From an uncultured Verrucomicrobiae bacterium (GTDB lineage: Bacteria > Verrucomicrobiota > Verrucomicrobiia > Chthoniobacterales > UBA10450), in the NCBI GenBank assembly GCA_963756875.1, contig CAVWPA010000003.1:640001-704000 (forward strand): a stretch of DNA of 64,000 bases, written 5' to 3'. This document shows, one piece after another, positions 29,950 to 41,166 of the stretch (its first letter is position 1; each line of letters starts with the position of its first letter). The notes beneath the pieces were generated by a model, which worked only from the letters and a program-made list of their open reading frames with translations, made no database searches and had not been told where the DNA came from. Made by a program: the position numbers and the translations under genes.

Positions 29950-32401
29950 CTACCGCACCGTAACCGTGCACGTGCCGGCGCGGCCGCGATCGTCCAGCGC
30001 GGTCAATTCGTAATCGCCCGGCGTCGCTTTCCATGAAAGCACTTCACGCGGCTCCGCTTTCCCGATGAACGTCTTGTCTGCGAACCAATAAACCTCGCGC
30101 ACACCCGGATCCACGCCGGCTCGCAAAGGAATCGATTCTGCCGATGCCAGCAGAATCCTGCTGCCGTTGTCCGGCGACGTGATCCGTGGCGCGCTGCCAC
30201 CGAGCGAAACGACTGATGTCCCGGGAAGAAACGGCGGGGGCGATTTTCTCGGCATTCCCGCTTTCTCGAAAAGAGCGCGCAGATCATCCGGCCAAAATTC
30301 GTAAACTTCGTGACGCACCGGACGCGTTCCATCGTCGTTTGGCAAACGCAGCCCGGTTGCCGCATCGACGATTATGTCACGGTGCACGTCGCAAATTTTT
30401 ATCGGTGAAACTCCGGGAATGAACCAACCTTCGACACGGTCCGGGCAGTTCGGTCCAGGCAGGTCGCCGGACACGGCGCAAAATTCGACGCGCTTTAGAT
30501 TTGCGCCGGGCGGCGGAAGATGCGGCTGAGCGGGCTCGGGCCAGGTCGTTCGCAGGCTGTCGATGATTTGAAACAAGAGCGGCCCGGCAGCACTGCGTCC
30601 GACAAATGCCGGGTTCGGGCGTCCGTCAAAATTGCCAATCCAGACGCCGAGCACGTAGTGATCGAAAATCGCAATCGACCAGGCGTCATGAAACCCGCAC
30701 GACGTTCCCGTTTTCCAATAAACCGGCTGCCCGCCGGCGTCCACGCAGTTGGTCCCCGGGCGCGGGACGTTGCCGAGCATTTCGAGCGTTAGAAACGAAG
30801 TTTCAGGCGAAAGAACGCGCCGGCCCTTGGCGAGAATCGGATCGGTTGAAGTGTGGCGCAGCGGGCGCAGCTCGCCGTTATTTGCGAGCGCGGCATACAA
30901 CCGCACCAGATCCTGCATCGACACCTCCGCGTCGCCGAGCGGCAGGGCCAGTCCGTAGAACGATTCCGGATGCGGCAAGGGTGCGCCCGCGCCCTTGAGG
31001 AATTGATAGAGGGTGGGGTGCGACAGTTCCGATGCCAGCTCGACTGCCGGAACATTTCTACTGCGAGCCAACGCATCGCTGGCGCGAATCGGTCCGACAA
31101 ATCCGCGATCGAAGTTTTCCGGATTGTACCCTCCGAAATTGCGCGGCGCATCCGTGAGGATCGACAACGGATGAATCAATCCCTGCTCCATCGCCAGCGC
31201 ATAAACGAAAGGCTTCAGTGTCGATCCGGGCGAACGTGGACTGCGCGTGCCATCGACCTGGCCGTTGATCTCGACGCTGCTGAAATCGGCCGATCCGACC
31301 TGAGCAAGCACGTCCATTGTGCGCGTATCGATTAGTAGCGCTGCGGCATTTTGAATTCCGCGATTCCGATTTGTCGCCACGTAATCCGCCACTCGTCGCT
31401 CGATGAGCCGCTCTTTTTCCAGGTCGAGCGTGGTCACGATTTGATCGCGCCCCTTCGCGTTCTCCAGGACCTGCTGCACGAAATGTGGAGCAAGAAATCT
31501 TTGGCGAGCCTGCACGCGCGCACGGAATTCTCTGGGAGAAAACTGCGCGTTGTCGTCAATCCCGGTTCGGTCGTACCAGTTATTTTGCGCAGCGTCCACC
31601 GAGCGATTATTGCGGCCGGCGAACAACGCGCGCCGCGCCGGGCTCTGCGGAATGACGCTCAACGCCACCGATTCCAGTCCGGTCAATCGCGCAGCCGGCT
31701 TGTCGAAATAAATCTGGCTGGCTGCGCCGATGCCTTCGATGTTTCGGCCATACGGCGCGAGATTGAGATACGCCTCGAGAATTTGGGCCTTCGAATAATG
31801 CCGTTCCAGTTCGAGTGCGCGAACAATTTGATTCAGTTTGCCGGTCATTGTTCGCGTCTGTAGATGAAAACGCAGCCGCGCGAGTTGCATCGTGATGGTC
31901 GATCCGCCGCTGCAGATGCGATGAAAGCGCACGAGATCGAGCAGCGACCGGCCGAGCGCGACCGGATTTACGCCGGGATGACGTTCATAATATTTATCTT
32001 CGGTACTGCAACGTCGCGTCGATCAGTTCCGGCGAAATGTCGCGCAACGGCGTCCAGACGCGGAATTTTTGATCGGCGCTCAGCGTCACGCGCAGCAATT
32101 TGCCGCTGCGGTCGCGCACGCTTTGTGAAAACGAAATTCCGTCGAGCAAGGGCGGCCTGGGGAGCGCGAGCCAAATTGCGGCAACGAATGTGGAGAGAAA
32201 CACGAACGCGCGAAGGGTCTTCGCGATCCATTCCGGGGAGCGCACGCGCCTCGCGTGCCGTGTTCGGCGCCCTCGCCGAACATGCTGGAACGCATCACGC
32301 CACAGGTTTTTGATGAGTAAAGAGGCCGCTGGCGGGGGCGCCGGCGGCAGCACGCGAGGGCGCGTGCGGTCCCCAAACAGTGCTCGCGCGACGATATTCA
32401 T
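29950..32401 (-). CDS. pbpC: Penicillin-binding protein 1C (apparent +1 frameshift at about 32002)
   Basis: EDKYY..HPGVNP, SGGSTITMQLAR, GSTLKPF, SRN, KTGTS; ATG overlaps the alpha-2-macroglobulin stop. Confidence 0.92.
32235..32374. repeat. Family A element in the 5' coding region of pbpC
   Basis: GGGGAGCGCACGCGCCTCGCGTGC...GCACGCGAGGGCGCGTGCGGTCCCC. Confidence 0.9.
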
Positions 32402-35400
32402 TCTGTAACCGTGATGTTGCCGCCCATGCCTCGTCCCTTGACGTTGCGATCGTACATCGACTGGGCGAACACGGGCGGCACGACAAACTTTCCGCGATTG
32501 CACGATTTGATTTGGTAATCGATCTCCATCGCTTCCGGCGGCGCAGTCACAAAGAAGACTGCGCGGTCCTCGCGAAGATCGACATAATCTGCGCCCCGGA
32601 TTGAAGAGACGCCCCCGCGCAGAGAGGTGTCGACGATCTCGAAGCCGCCGGGCAACAGATCGACAACTGCCACGTTCGTCACTGCCGCATGTCCCACACT
32701 GCGGACATGAAGGCGCACATGAATCGGCTCGCCGAGATGCGTTTGGGTGACCGGTTTGTTGTCTTTACCGAGAAGCTCACGATAAACTTCCAAACCGTTC
32801 GTAAGCGCTTCTTTCGGAACTTCCCGGTCAAAGCCGGCTTCAATCACCTGGAAGAAAACACCGGGGCCGTTGATGCGTCCCGAAGTTTCAAAACGCAACC
32901 GGACCGCATCGCGGGAAAAGCCCGACTGTTCCATTAGTTTGGCTCCCCTGGCGAGGCGAACTTCCTGATTGTCGGCACGGACTTCGGTGATGGCGAGGTC
33001 GGGCGGATTTTCCGCGATCGTGTGCGAGTAGGCTTTCAGCGCGCGCACTGCGTACGCGGCCGAGAGCGTGTCGAACGAGCCTTCGCCGATCGGCGCAAGA
33101 ATATTTTTAAATTCTTCGCCTGAAACTTTTCGGAGCCGCTCGGGAAATTCGCGGGCGAGCACGGCAATGTATTGTGAATCCTCACCAAGCGGCTGGAAGA
33201 AATCGCCGCACTGCCGCGATGCTGCGGTGCCGATTTTGTATTTGCCGATCAGAGCCTCTGCCTCGGCGTCCTTGTGCAGAAGGTGGAGTGCGCCCGCGAG
33301 ATAGACTCCCGTGATATCGTTCTGCCAGCTGTCCCGCTGATTTTTGTCGAGATAATCGCGCAGATTGAGAATGTAATTGGTGGTGATGACGCCTTGCTGC
33401 GTAAGCACGTAGATGGCGTAAGCGAGTGTCCGCGCATCCGAAAGATTCGACGGCTCGCGCGTAACCATCTTTTGCAGATCGCGCAGACCGCTCGCGAACA
33501 TGTCGGGTGGTGGAACAAACCCGGCGGCCTTCGCGTCGCTTAGGAAATCCATCGCGTAAACCGAGACAAAACTGATTCCAGCCCCTGGCTCGGGTCCCCA
33601 GTAACCGAAGGCGCCCTGATCGTTTTGGCGTCGTCGCAGAAGGCCGAACGTGTATTCGAGTTGTTTATCCACCTCGGCGCGGTTCAAGCCAAAATCGGCT
33701 TCGTTAGCCAGCATCAGCCGGCAAAATGCGCCGCTGGTGACCTGTTCGCTGCAACCGTATGGGAATTTCTTCAGATACGCGTCGAGCCCATGAGCGAGTC
33801 CAAGCGGAACGGACGAGACAACTGCGTCGCGCTTGGAAAACTCGGGACGCATCGCGCGCTTGATCGCTATATCCACGCTGCCTTTAAAGCTGCCGCCACG
33901 CACATCAGTCATGTAGGGGACCGGCGGCCGAATGCTGAGCGTGGCGCGGCGTTTCGTCTGTGATGTAGCCGTTCCGGCCGCATCGCCGCGCGCGATGCTT
34001 GCGATGAAAGTGATTTCGCCCGAACCGAGTTTGTCGTTGGCTCGAAACTTGAAGACTACGCTTTGTTCGTGTCCTTCCGCGATGCGCAGAATTTGTGACG
34101 ACGACCCCAGCGTCGACAGCCCCGAAATTATCGGGGCTCGCGAATCCGTTCGGAGCTGCTCGTTGGTTTCCGCGCGCACCTCGACCTCGGCGTTTGCGCC
34201 GGAGCCTTCGACATTATTGGCCACGGTCACTCCGGCTTCGAATTCGTCTCCCGGCGCCGCCAGGACGGGAACGCTTGGGGTAATTACAAACGGCCCGCGA
34301 ATGAGCACATTGCGCTCGGCCGATCCGGTGGCTTCATTCGAAACCGCGACCGCCATGATCTTCAGTGTGCCGTCGAAGAAATCGGGAACATCGTAAACTA
34401 CGTCTCGCGCCGTCGTGTCGGCGTCGAGGATGCCCGACCAGAACACGACCGGTTTGTCGGTCATTCGCTTAAATGGATTGAGCCGTTGAACATCGCCGCC
34501 GCCACCGAACGCCGAGACGGACCGCAACAGCGAAAATTCCGGAATGATGAGATCGACAATTTGCGAGGTCTCAACTCGCAGCGCGCATTTCCGGAAATAG
34601 AAGCCGAGCGGATCGGGCGTTTTGTAATTGGTCACCTGAAGGATTCCCTGATCCACGGCAAAGATGACGATTTTGCCCGGTCGATCTGTTTTGTAGGTGA
34701 TTCGCAGCGGCTCGCCAGGCTTCGCGGTTGCCGGCGCGTCGATATCGATTTCGAGACGGCGCTTTTCCATGTTGGCGGTGAATGGAACGACGCCGTAACT
34801 CAGCGGGCTCACGAAGATTTCCTTTGCGTCGAGCGCGCGCACGAACGTCACGTTGACGTAGCCGCTGCCTTCAAAATTATCCGGAACGCGAATGTGCTGG
34901 ATGCTGCTGGCGGCGCTCGCCTGGAACCATTGATGCGCGTAAACCCTGTCGCGCTCGACCGTGATTAATCCGCTGCCCGCATACGGCGCTACGATGCTGA
35001 CCGCGATCTCGTCGCCGCTGTTGTATTGCTTGCGATCCAGCTTCACTTGCAGCTCGGCATTTCTTTCGAGCGAACGAGAAACAGCGCCGTGACCGGCCAC
35101 ACAAAATTCCAATTTTGCGAGGCGTCGATTTTGATCGTCGCGCAGTTCGAGGACATAGGTGCCCGGTTGTTGTGTCGGCAGCGTGTAATGAAATCCGTTA
35201 GCAGGAACGGCAATTTTCTCCGTGGTCGCGACGCGCTCTTTTAAGACCGATTCATACGCGAAATTGCCGTTTCGTTGTTTGGTCAGGACCGACACGTATT
35301 CCTGCGCGAGGACATTGAGCGTGATGTTTTGGACGGCGATGCGGTTGAGTTGCGGATCGACCGCGATGAATTCGAGCGCACGCGGCTTACCCATATCGAT

Positions 35401-38292
35401 GTAACGCAATTCGCCGTCCGCTTTCCATCCGATCACATACGGCCGGGCCGACACCAGAGCTTCCGCTTCGCCGGTGACGCTGCGTCCTCCTTCGGCTTCG
35501 AAGCCTTCGGCTACGAAGCGCATCGCATACGTCGCATCGGCGAAGCGTTCTAATTGCAAATCGAATTGAGTACGCCCCGCGTCGTCGGTCTTCTTTTCGC
35601 CCAGCTCGATCGTTTGTCCCTGCCGGTCCTTCTTTTCGTCGGCGAGCGGATCGAAAAAGACGAAATCGTGGAATTCCGGGAAACAAAATGCAGCGGGAGC
35701 AAGCTCGAGATGAGCAGTCACGCGGCGATTGGTTGCGGGCGTCCCGTAAAGATTGGCCAGGGTAATCGCGGCATGCATGTCGTCCGGGCTGACCCAACCG
35801 TGCTTCGTGCTCTTCGAAAGCCGGGTCTCGATCTTCATTCGATCCGGCAGGAATTCCTTTACGTTTGCCGTTGTCGATCCCAGCAGAGTCGCGCGCCTGC
35901 TGTTTTTGATCAGGTAAACGTTGAAGGTGTAAAGGCCGGTCGGCGATTCGTTTGCCGTCTCATAACTCAGCTCGGTGAAGCCGGCATCGGGCAATGCGAC
36001 TTTCTTTTTTTGCACGCACAACCCGCGCGCATCGATGACTTCCGTTTCCAATGGCAGACCGTTGAGCCGGCCCTGCCAGTTGCGCTGCTTTACGATGAGG
36101 CCGACGTGGATTTTGTCGCCCGGCCGGTAAACACCCCGCTCGGTAAACACGAACGCATCCAGGTTCTCCGGCAGGACATTTTCCTCACCTTCGATGTCGA
36201 AGCGGGAAAAGTTCAGGACGCGATCTTCGCGTGCGAACGGAATGAAAGAGATGTCGTCGCCGGAGCGCGCGACGAAGGCGACCGGCGTTTTTTCCCGCGT
36301 TGCTTTGGCGGTCGATGCAAACGCGCAATGACCGTCGGCGTCGCTCTTCGATGTTTGCACCGGGATCCCGTTCTTGCCGAGAAGATCGACCACGGCTCCG
36401 GCAATCGGTTTGCCGGTTTTGATCGACATGAGAAACACGTCGTGGCTTCCGTCCGCATTGTTCTTCATCACGATGCCGATATCGGTCACCAGAATGAAGC
36501 GAGTGTCTCTGATCGATCGGACCGGTTTCTTTTTCACCGGATCCCAGCCGCGCGCTGTCAGGAAGAACAATCCGCGCTCGCTCCCGCCGTCCGCGGGCTT
36601 TTGCAGCAGTCCGCCGAAATCGAAGGCCGAGTAATTCGCCTTCCATTTGTTTTCGAGTGCGATGTCCTGTCGCTCGATGGCGATGCGCGAAATGTTTTCC
36701 TGATTGAACAGATAGGGATCTTGAAACCGCGGGTTCTGAAATTTTCCTTCCGTCTGGCTGATGAGATGATTGATCTGCGTGGTCGCAACGCGCCCGATCT
36801 CGTATTCAATCGCGTTCAAGCCGCGCGAGCGGATTGATAATTTTCTTTCACCGCTCAGCGCGAGCAACCCACCATGACCCTCGATGCAGATCTCGCGCGG
36901 GAACTGCGGCACCGGCACGACTGCGTTGTAATCGTCCGCCAGCGGATAATCGCCGAACGCGCGCACGCCCTTGTGAACACGGAGGTAAAGCTCGCCGTCG
37001 GTTTCAACGCGCACGCGAAACGCGTGTTGCCGGTCCTGGGCTTTGCCGGAAGAGATGACGTCGAAGGCGATTCGCTTCGCGTGGTCGAGAACATCTTCCG
37101 GAACATCTGTGGGACTTTGCCATTTTTCCTCTTCGCTCGGTTGCGAATCGGCCGCGTCGGTGTCCGAATCGGTCTCGTCGTCGGCCGTTTGATCGCCTTC
37201 ATCCGGTGATTCCGTCGTGGCATCGGTGTGTTCCGGGAGTTTCCGTTTTGGCAGAAGCCGAATCTCCAGGGCTTTGGCCAGCTCGCGCGTGTTGATGTCG
37301 GCGGTTGTGGTTAGAATGAGAATCTGCTGGGGGTCGCCCTCCTGGTTGCGCGCGATGGTTCCCTGAATCGAATCGATGCGAAACATCGTGGCGACTGATG
37401 GAACGAGAACTTTCGCTTCGACTCCGCCACGGGTTTCGGCGCCGTTCTGTTGCGTGCGGACACCTTTCGCCAGGACGAGTTTGGCGAAATCTTCGCGCGC
37501 CGGCAGTGTGATCGATGAGCTGCGCAAATAGACCAACCGGTTGTGCAGACCGTAAGTCAGCTTGAAGTGAGGTTCCGGATCGGACGCCGGAAAAATTTGC
37601 GAGCCGCCGATGGTGATGAGTTGGAGGTGCCCGTCGAACGCGCCCGGGGCGACGGAGTGCGTCAGTTCAAGAGTCGCTGTGATCTGGCGCTGCTTCGGAT
37701 CCGTCGGGTCCTGATAAAATTGAAGGTCCTTGATCGCGATCTCAAACGACGGCGTGTGCGCCTCGTAAACCAATCGTCCCATCCGGATGTGTCGCGGAAA
37801 GAAGCTTTTGTCGAAAACGATCCGGAACGTTTGATCGGCCGGCCAATCCCCGGTTGGCTGAAAAACGAGCGTGTCGTCGCTCGCCCAATGCCAGCTGCCG
37901 CTAATTTCCGGCTCAAGCCGCACGCCGCTCAGCGATGGCTTCTTCAAATCTTCCAGGCGCGCCGCTGACTGGCTGAAATATACATCCAACTGCGGAAATT
38001 TGAGTTTCTCTTCCAGCTTCGTGACCGGAATCGCGCCGACCCTGACCGAGACGTAGCGCGGCTTCGGCAGGCTTTGGTACCAGTGCCATGTCCAGGCGGC
38101 GCCGCACAAAAGCAGGAAGAGAGCAACAATCGTCGGCGCGATTGCATGCGGATACCTGCTCTCGATGCGCGCCCATGCCTCGCCGATTCGGCGCGACCAT
38201 TCTGGTGGTCGCCAGGACAGGTTGCCGAAAACAGCGGCAGGAATTCGGCGGCATGCTTGGGCGAATTTCGACAGAGGCGCGGGCGTATTCAT
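32398..38292 (-). CDS. Bacterial alpha-2-macroglobulin
   Basis: About 1960 aa; FTERGVYRPG, thioester motif PYGCSEQ, DLLPGGFE, REDR; followed by pbpC. Confidence 0.95.
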   Translation of the reverse strand: MNTPAPLSKFAQACRRIPAAVFGNLSWRPPEWSRRIGEAWARIESRYPHAIAPTIVALFLLLCGAAWTWHWYQSLPKPRYVSVRVGAIPVTKLEEKLKFPQLDVYFSQSAARLEDLKKPSLSGVRLEPEISGSWHWASDDTLVFQPTGDWPADQTFRIVFDKSFFPRHIRMGRLVYEAHTPSFEIAIKDLQFYQDPTDPKQRQITATLELTHSVAPGAFDGHLQLITIGGSQIFPASDPEPHFKLTYGLHNRLVYLRSSSITLPAREDFAKLVLAKGVRTQQNGAETRGGVEAKVLVPSVATMFRIDSIQGTIARNQEGDPQQILILTTTADINTRELAKALEIRLLPKRKLPEHTDATTESPDEGDQTADDETDSDTDAADSQPSEEEKWQSPTDVPEDVLDHAKRIAFDVISSGKAQDRQHAFRVRVETDGELYLRVHKGVRAFGDYPLADDYNAVVPVPQFPREICIEGHGGLLALSGERKLSIRSRGLNAIEYEIGRVATTQINHLISQTEGKFQNPRFQDPYLFNQENISRIAIERQDIALENKWKANYSAFDFGGLLQKPADGGSERGLFFLTARGWDPVKKKPVRSIRDTRFILVTDIGIVMKNNADGSHDVFLMSIKTGKPIAGAVVDLLGKNGIPVQTSKSDADGHCAFASTAKATREKTPVAFVARSGDDISFIPFAREDRVLNFSRFDIEGEENVLPENLDAFVFTERGVYRPGDKIHVGLIVKQRNWQGRLNGLPLETEVIDARGLCVQKKKVALPDAGFTELSYETANESPTGLYTFNVYLIKNSRRATLLGSTTANVKEFLPDRMKIETRLSKSTKHGWVSPDDMHAAITLANLYGTPATNRRVTAHLELAPAAFCFPEFHDFVFFDPLADEKKDRQGQTIELGEKKTDDAGRTQFDLQLERFADATYAMRFVAEGFEAEGGRSVTGEAEALVSARPYVIGWKADGELRYIDMGKPRALEFIAVDPQLNRIAVQNITLNVLAQEYVSVLTKQRNGNFAYESVLKERVATTEKIAVPANGFHYTLPTQQPGTYVLELRDDQNRRLAKLEFCVAGHGAVSRSLERNAELQVKLDRKQYNSGDEIAVSIVAPYAGSGLITVERDRVYAHQWFQASAASSIQHIRVPDNFEGSGYVNVTFVRALDAKEIFVSPLSYGVVPFTANMEKRRLEIDIDAPATAKPGEPLRITYKTDRPGKIVIFAVDQGILQVTNYKTPDPLGFYFRKCALRVETSQIVDLIIPEFSLLRSVSAFGGGGDVQRLNPFKRMTDKPVVFWSGILDADTTARDVVYDVPDFFDGTLKIMAVAVSNEATGSAERNVLIRGPFVITPSVPVLAAPGDEFEAGVTVANNVEGSGANAEVEVRAETNEQLRTDSRAPIISGLSTLGSSSQILRIAEGHEQSVVFKFRANDKLGSGEITFIASIARGDAAGTATSQTKRRATLSIRPPVPYMTDVRGGSFKGSVDIAIKRAMRPEFSKRDAVVSSVPLGLAHGLDAYLKKFPYGCSEQVTSGAFCRLMLANEADFGLNRAEVDKQLEYTFGLLRRRQNDQGAFGYWGPEPGAGISFVSVYAMDFLSDAKAAGFVPPPDMFASGLRDLQKMVTREPSNLSDARTLAYAIYVLTQQGVITTNYILNLRDYLDKNQRDSWQNDITGVYLAGALHLLHKDAEAEALIGKYKIGTAASRQCGDFFQPLGEDSQYIAVLAREFPERLRKVSGEEFKNILAPIGEGSFDTLSAAYAVRALKAYSHTIAENPPDLAITEVRADNQEVRLARGAKLMEQSGFSRDAVRLRFETSGRINGPGVFFQVIEAGFDREVPKEALTNGLEVYRELLGKDNKPVTQTHLGEPIHVRLHVRSVGHAAVTNVAVVDLLPGGFEIVDTSLRGGVSSIRGADYVDLREDRAVFFVTAPPEAMEIDYQIKSCNRGKFVVPPVFAQSMYDRNVKGRGMGGNITVTE

Positions 38293-38363
38293 GAGAGGAA
38301 TACGGCGGCCCCGCGGAAATCTTTCAGAAAATCGCACGCCCGCCTCGCAGGCAGCCGCAGAGG

Positions 38364-38428
38364 GAAACCGTTAAAACGGTTCATGCCAGGCGGCGCGCCC
38401 ATTACCGCGCTGAAGCGCGGTGTTAATG
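38364..38428. repeat. Two-hairpin element downstream of tRNA-Thr
   Basis: AACCGTT-AA-AACGGTT and ACCGCGCT-GA-AGCGCGGT hairpins. Confidence 0.6.
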
Positions 38429-38457
38429 AAAGGCGCTATCCGATCCGCAATAGAAAC

Positions 38458-38530
<73 letters not shown>

Positions 38531-38588
38531 GCGCGAGCGGGCAAAAGATTACATCCGACGATGATGCGGGCAAGAGGAGATGAATGAA

Positions 38589-38718
38589 AAGCACCAAGCA
38601 CCAACCTCCAAGCACCAGAGAAATTCCAATCACCAAATTCCAAACATCATCGCGCGACTCCTCTTGGTGTTTGAATTTTGGTGTTTCTCTAGATGTTGGA
38701 GCTTGGAGCTTGGATGTT
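38589..38718. repeat. Inverted heptamer-array element (AAGCACC-type)
   Basis: AAGCACC AAGCACC AACCTCC AAGCACC AGAG AAATTCC AATCACC AAATTCC ... TTGGAGC TTGGAGC TTGGATG. Confidence 0.9.
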
Positions 38719-38723
38719 CTGAA

Positions 38724-39698
38724 TTACATCGGAAATTCAAAGGTTTCGCCGATTTCGCGGAGAGCAATACGTTCCGGCTCGTCGCGCAGCGCGGCTTCGA
38801 AACGCTCGATCGGCTCGCGGAATGGTTCGAAGCTCAGCTGGAATGTTTGATGGTGCATGGGGAGGATGAATTGCGCGCCGGCATCGTTTGCCATTTGCAC
38901 AGCTTCTTCGGGGCTGGAATGAGTTCGAATCCACGGGTTGTAACATCCGATGGATATGGCGGCGAGATCGATGGGCCCGAAACGGCGCAACTCGGCAAAC
39001 GTATCCGTGAATGCGGTATCGCCGCCAAAAAGAATGCGCCGGCCTTCGCGCTCGATGAGATAGCCGTTGTAGCCGCGATAATCGTCGTGCTGCATTCTGG
39101 CGCCCCAGTGTTTTACCTGGACCGCAACAATGTCGACCTTACCGGCTGACGTTTCCACAGACTCGCGCTGGTTCCATTGAAGCTCGGTAATGTCGCGAAA
39201 TCGTGCCCAGCGGAGCAAATCGCGAGTGCGCGGAGCGGTGATCACTTTGGTGGAGCGATTGAACTCCGCCTTCGCCCGGCTACGGCGCGACAGGCGATGA
39301 AGCGTTCGCAAATCGAAATGGTCGAAGTGCGCGTGCGATAAAAGAATGACGTCGATTTTCGGCAGCTCGCGAACGGTGAGCGCCGGCGCGGTGAGACGTT
39401 TTGGGCCGATGGTGAAAAGAAATGGAATCCGGATTCCGCAGCGCGAGAACAGGACGGGGTCGATAAGAATTTTGATGCCGAAGAAATTAACGAGCACGGT
39501 GGCATGACCGAGCCACGCCGCCGTGACATGCGCGTCACTCCACTCCGTCGGATCCGGTTTGGCGAACGCAGGTGCGATCGGACTCCGACTTTTAAGTATT
39601 GCCTCGCGCCAGAGATAAGAAATCCATCGGCGCACACGCGGGTTTCGATAACTGGGTTGTACAGATCCATCCCTCATCGCACCGCCCGCCTCGCGCAT
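38724..39698 (-). CDS. MBL-fold metallo-hydrolase (NAPE-PLD/RomA-like)
   Basis: WLGHAT, LSHAHFDHFD, FGGDT, PMHHQTF; start uncertain. Confidence 0.88.
   Translation of the reverse strand: MREAGGAMRDGSVQPSYRNPRVRRWISYLWREAILKSRSPIAPAFAKPDPTEWSDAHVTAAWLGHATVLVNFFGIKILIDPVLFSRCGIRIPFLFTIGPKRLTAPALTVRELPKIDVILLSHAHFDHFDLRTLHRLSRRSRAKAEFNRSTKVITAPRTRDLLRWARFRDITELQWNQRESVETSAGKVDIVAVQVKHWGARMQHDDYRGYNGYLIEREGRRILFGGDTAFTDTFAELRRFGPIDLAAISIGCYNPWIRTHSSPEEAVQMANDAGAQFILPMHHQTFQLSFEPFREPIERFEAALRDEPERIALREIGETFEFPM
39266..39295. repeat. 30-bp mini-element in frame in the MBL hydrolase
   Basis: CCGCCTTCGCCCGGCTACGGCGCGACAGGC, 24/30 identical to 43685-43714. Confidence 0.75.
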
Positions 39699-40010
39699 CG
39701 CAGAATTGTTGCACGAGAATGAATGCGTTGTTTCCCGTGATCTGCCACCCAAATCGCTGCGGTCTTGGGGTGTTCCGCGGCGATATAAGGCGGCGCCGTA
39801 CAATTTCGAAAGTCGAAAGCTCTTCGCGATCTGATGGTTGAACGAAGCGCGCCGCGGCTTGTCGAATTCGGGGTGCCGCCCAACAGCCGCGCTGCGAAAT
39901 TCTTGAACTGCTTGATTTTAAAGCCGGACTCGCGGGTGCCGCCCAAATTCTACTGCGCACCGTGCCGTTCCGCTTTTGCTTTAGTCCATGCGGCCCAGCG
40001 TGATTTCCTA

Positions 40011-41161
40011 ATGATCCACCGCGCGGAAAAAACTATCGGCATCGTCGGAGGCGGAATCGGCGGAATCGCGACCGCTTTGGCTCTTTGGCAAGCCGGCTTC
40101 AATGCGGTGGTCTATGAAAGAACGGAGCGTCTGCACGAAGTAGGCGCCGGAATGATGTTGTGGCCTAATGCCACTCGTGTTTTGCGCGAAATGGGTCTGC
40201 TCGAAAACGTGCTGGCTCGCAGCGGTGCGAACACGAATTTTTTGGTTCGAGCAAGCTCAGGCAAGGTCCTGATGGACATCGCGCTGGGACAATTCGACGT
40301 GCCCGCCGTCTGCATGCGGCGAGCGGATCTCATGGTAATCCTTTCACATGCTCTGCCAGACGACCGTGTCCGCCTCGGCTGCGAACTGCAAAGTTTGAAA
40401 CAGTTCGATCGCAAGGTGCGGCTTTATTTTGAGGATGGCCGTGTGGCAGAGCACGACGCTGTCATCGGCGCCGACGGCATTCGATCCCGAGTGCGATCGG
40501 CACTCTTCGGTACCTCCGATCCTGTTTACCGCGGTTACACGGTCTGGCGCGGCCTGGCGCGAGTACAATGGCACTGCGATCATACCGGGATTCAACAGCG
40601 AGACGTGGGGAACAGGGAAGCGTTTTGGAATTCTCAATACCGGCCATCGGAGATTTACATGGTACACAACCGCGAATGTCCCTTCGCGCCATGTGGACGC
40701 GCCTTGCGGGCGGAAACACGAGCTCCAACAAATGTTCGCCGGCTGGCACGAGCCGATCGCCGATTTTCTCGACGCAACTGAGGAGGCAGAAATCTTAAAG
40801 AACGGCGCCCGCGATTGTCCGCCGCTGCGCCGCTGGGGTCGCGGCCTGGTCACTTTGCTTGGCGACGCGGCGCATCCTTGCACGCCGAATCTGGGGCAGG
40901 GAGGTTGCATGGCCCTGGAGGATGCAATGGTCCTGGCCAAAGTGCGTGCAGAGAGCGCCGTCACTGGAAATTGCGTTCCGTCGTTACGAATCGCTCCGAG
41001 TTCATCGCACCAGGCACATTCAGCAGCGGTCCCTTTTGATGGGCCAGATTGGGCAATGGCAGAACCGGCTCTTTGTGACCGGACGCGAACTGGTGACTCG
41101 GATGCTTCCGGTCAGGCTGATCGAACACAACTTGAGAAAAGTCTACTCGTACACGACGTAA
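40011..41161 (+). CDS. FAD-dependent monooxygenase (apparent +1 frameshifts at about 40562 and 40940)
   Basis: IVGGGIGG, IGADGIRS, LLGDAAHPCTPNLGQGGCMALEDA and FRRYESLR spread across three frames. Confidence 0.85.
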
Positions 41162-41166
41162 TCGTA

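Noticed and set aside
38580..39149. ORFs starting in repeat arrays (also 57997-58218, 25323-25598, 17917-18162)
   Set aside because: Their KHQAP/WSLEL-type peptides are translations of the repeats; most also overlap real genes on the other strand.
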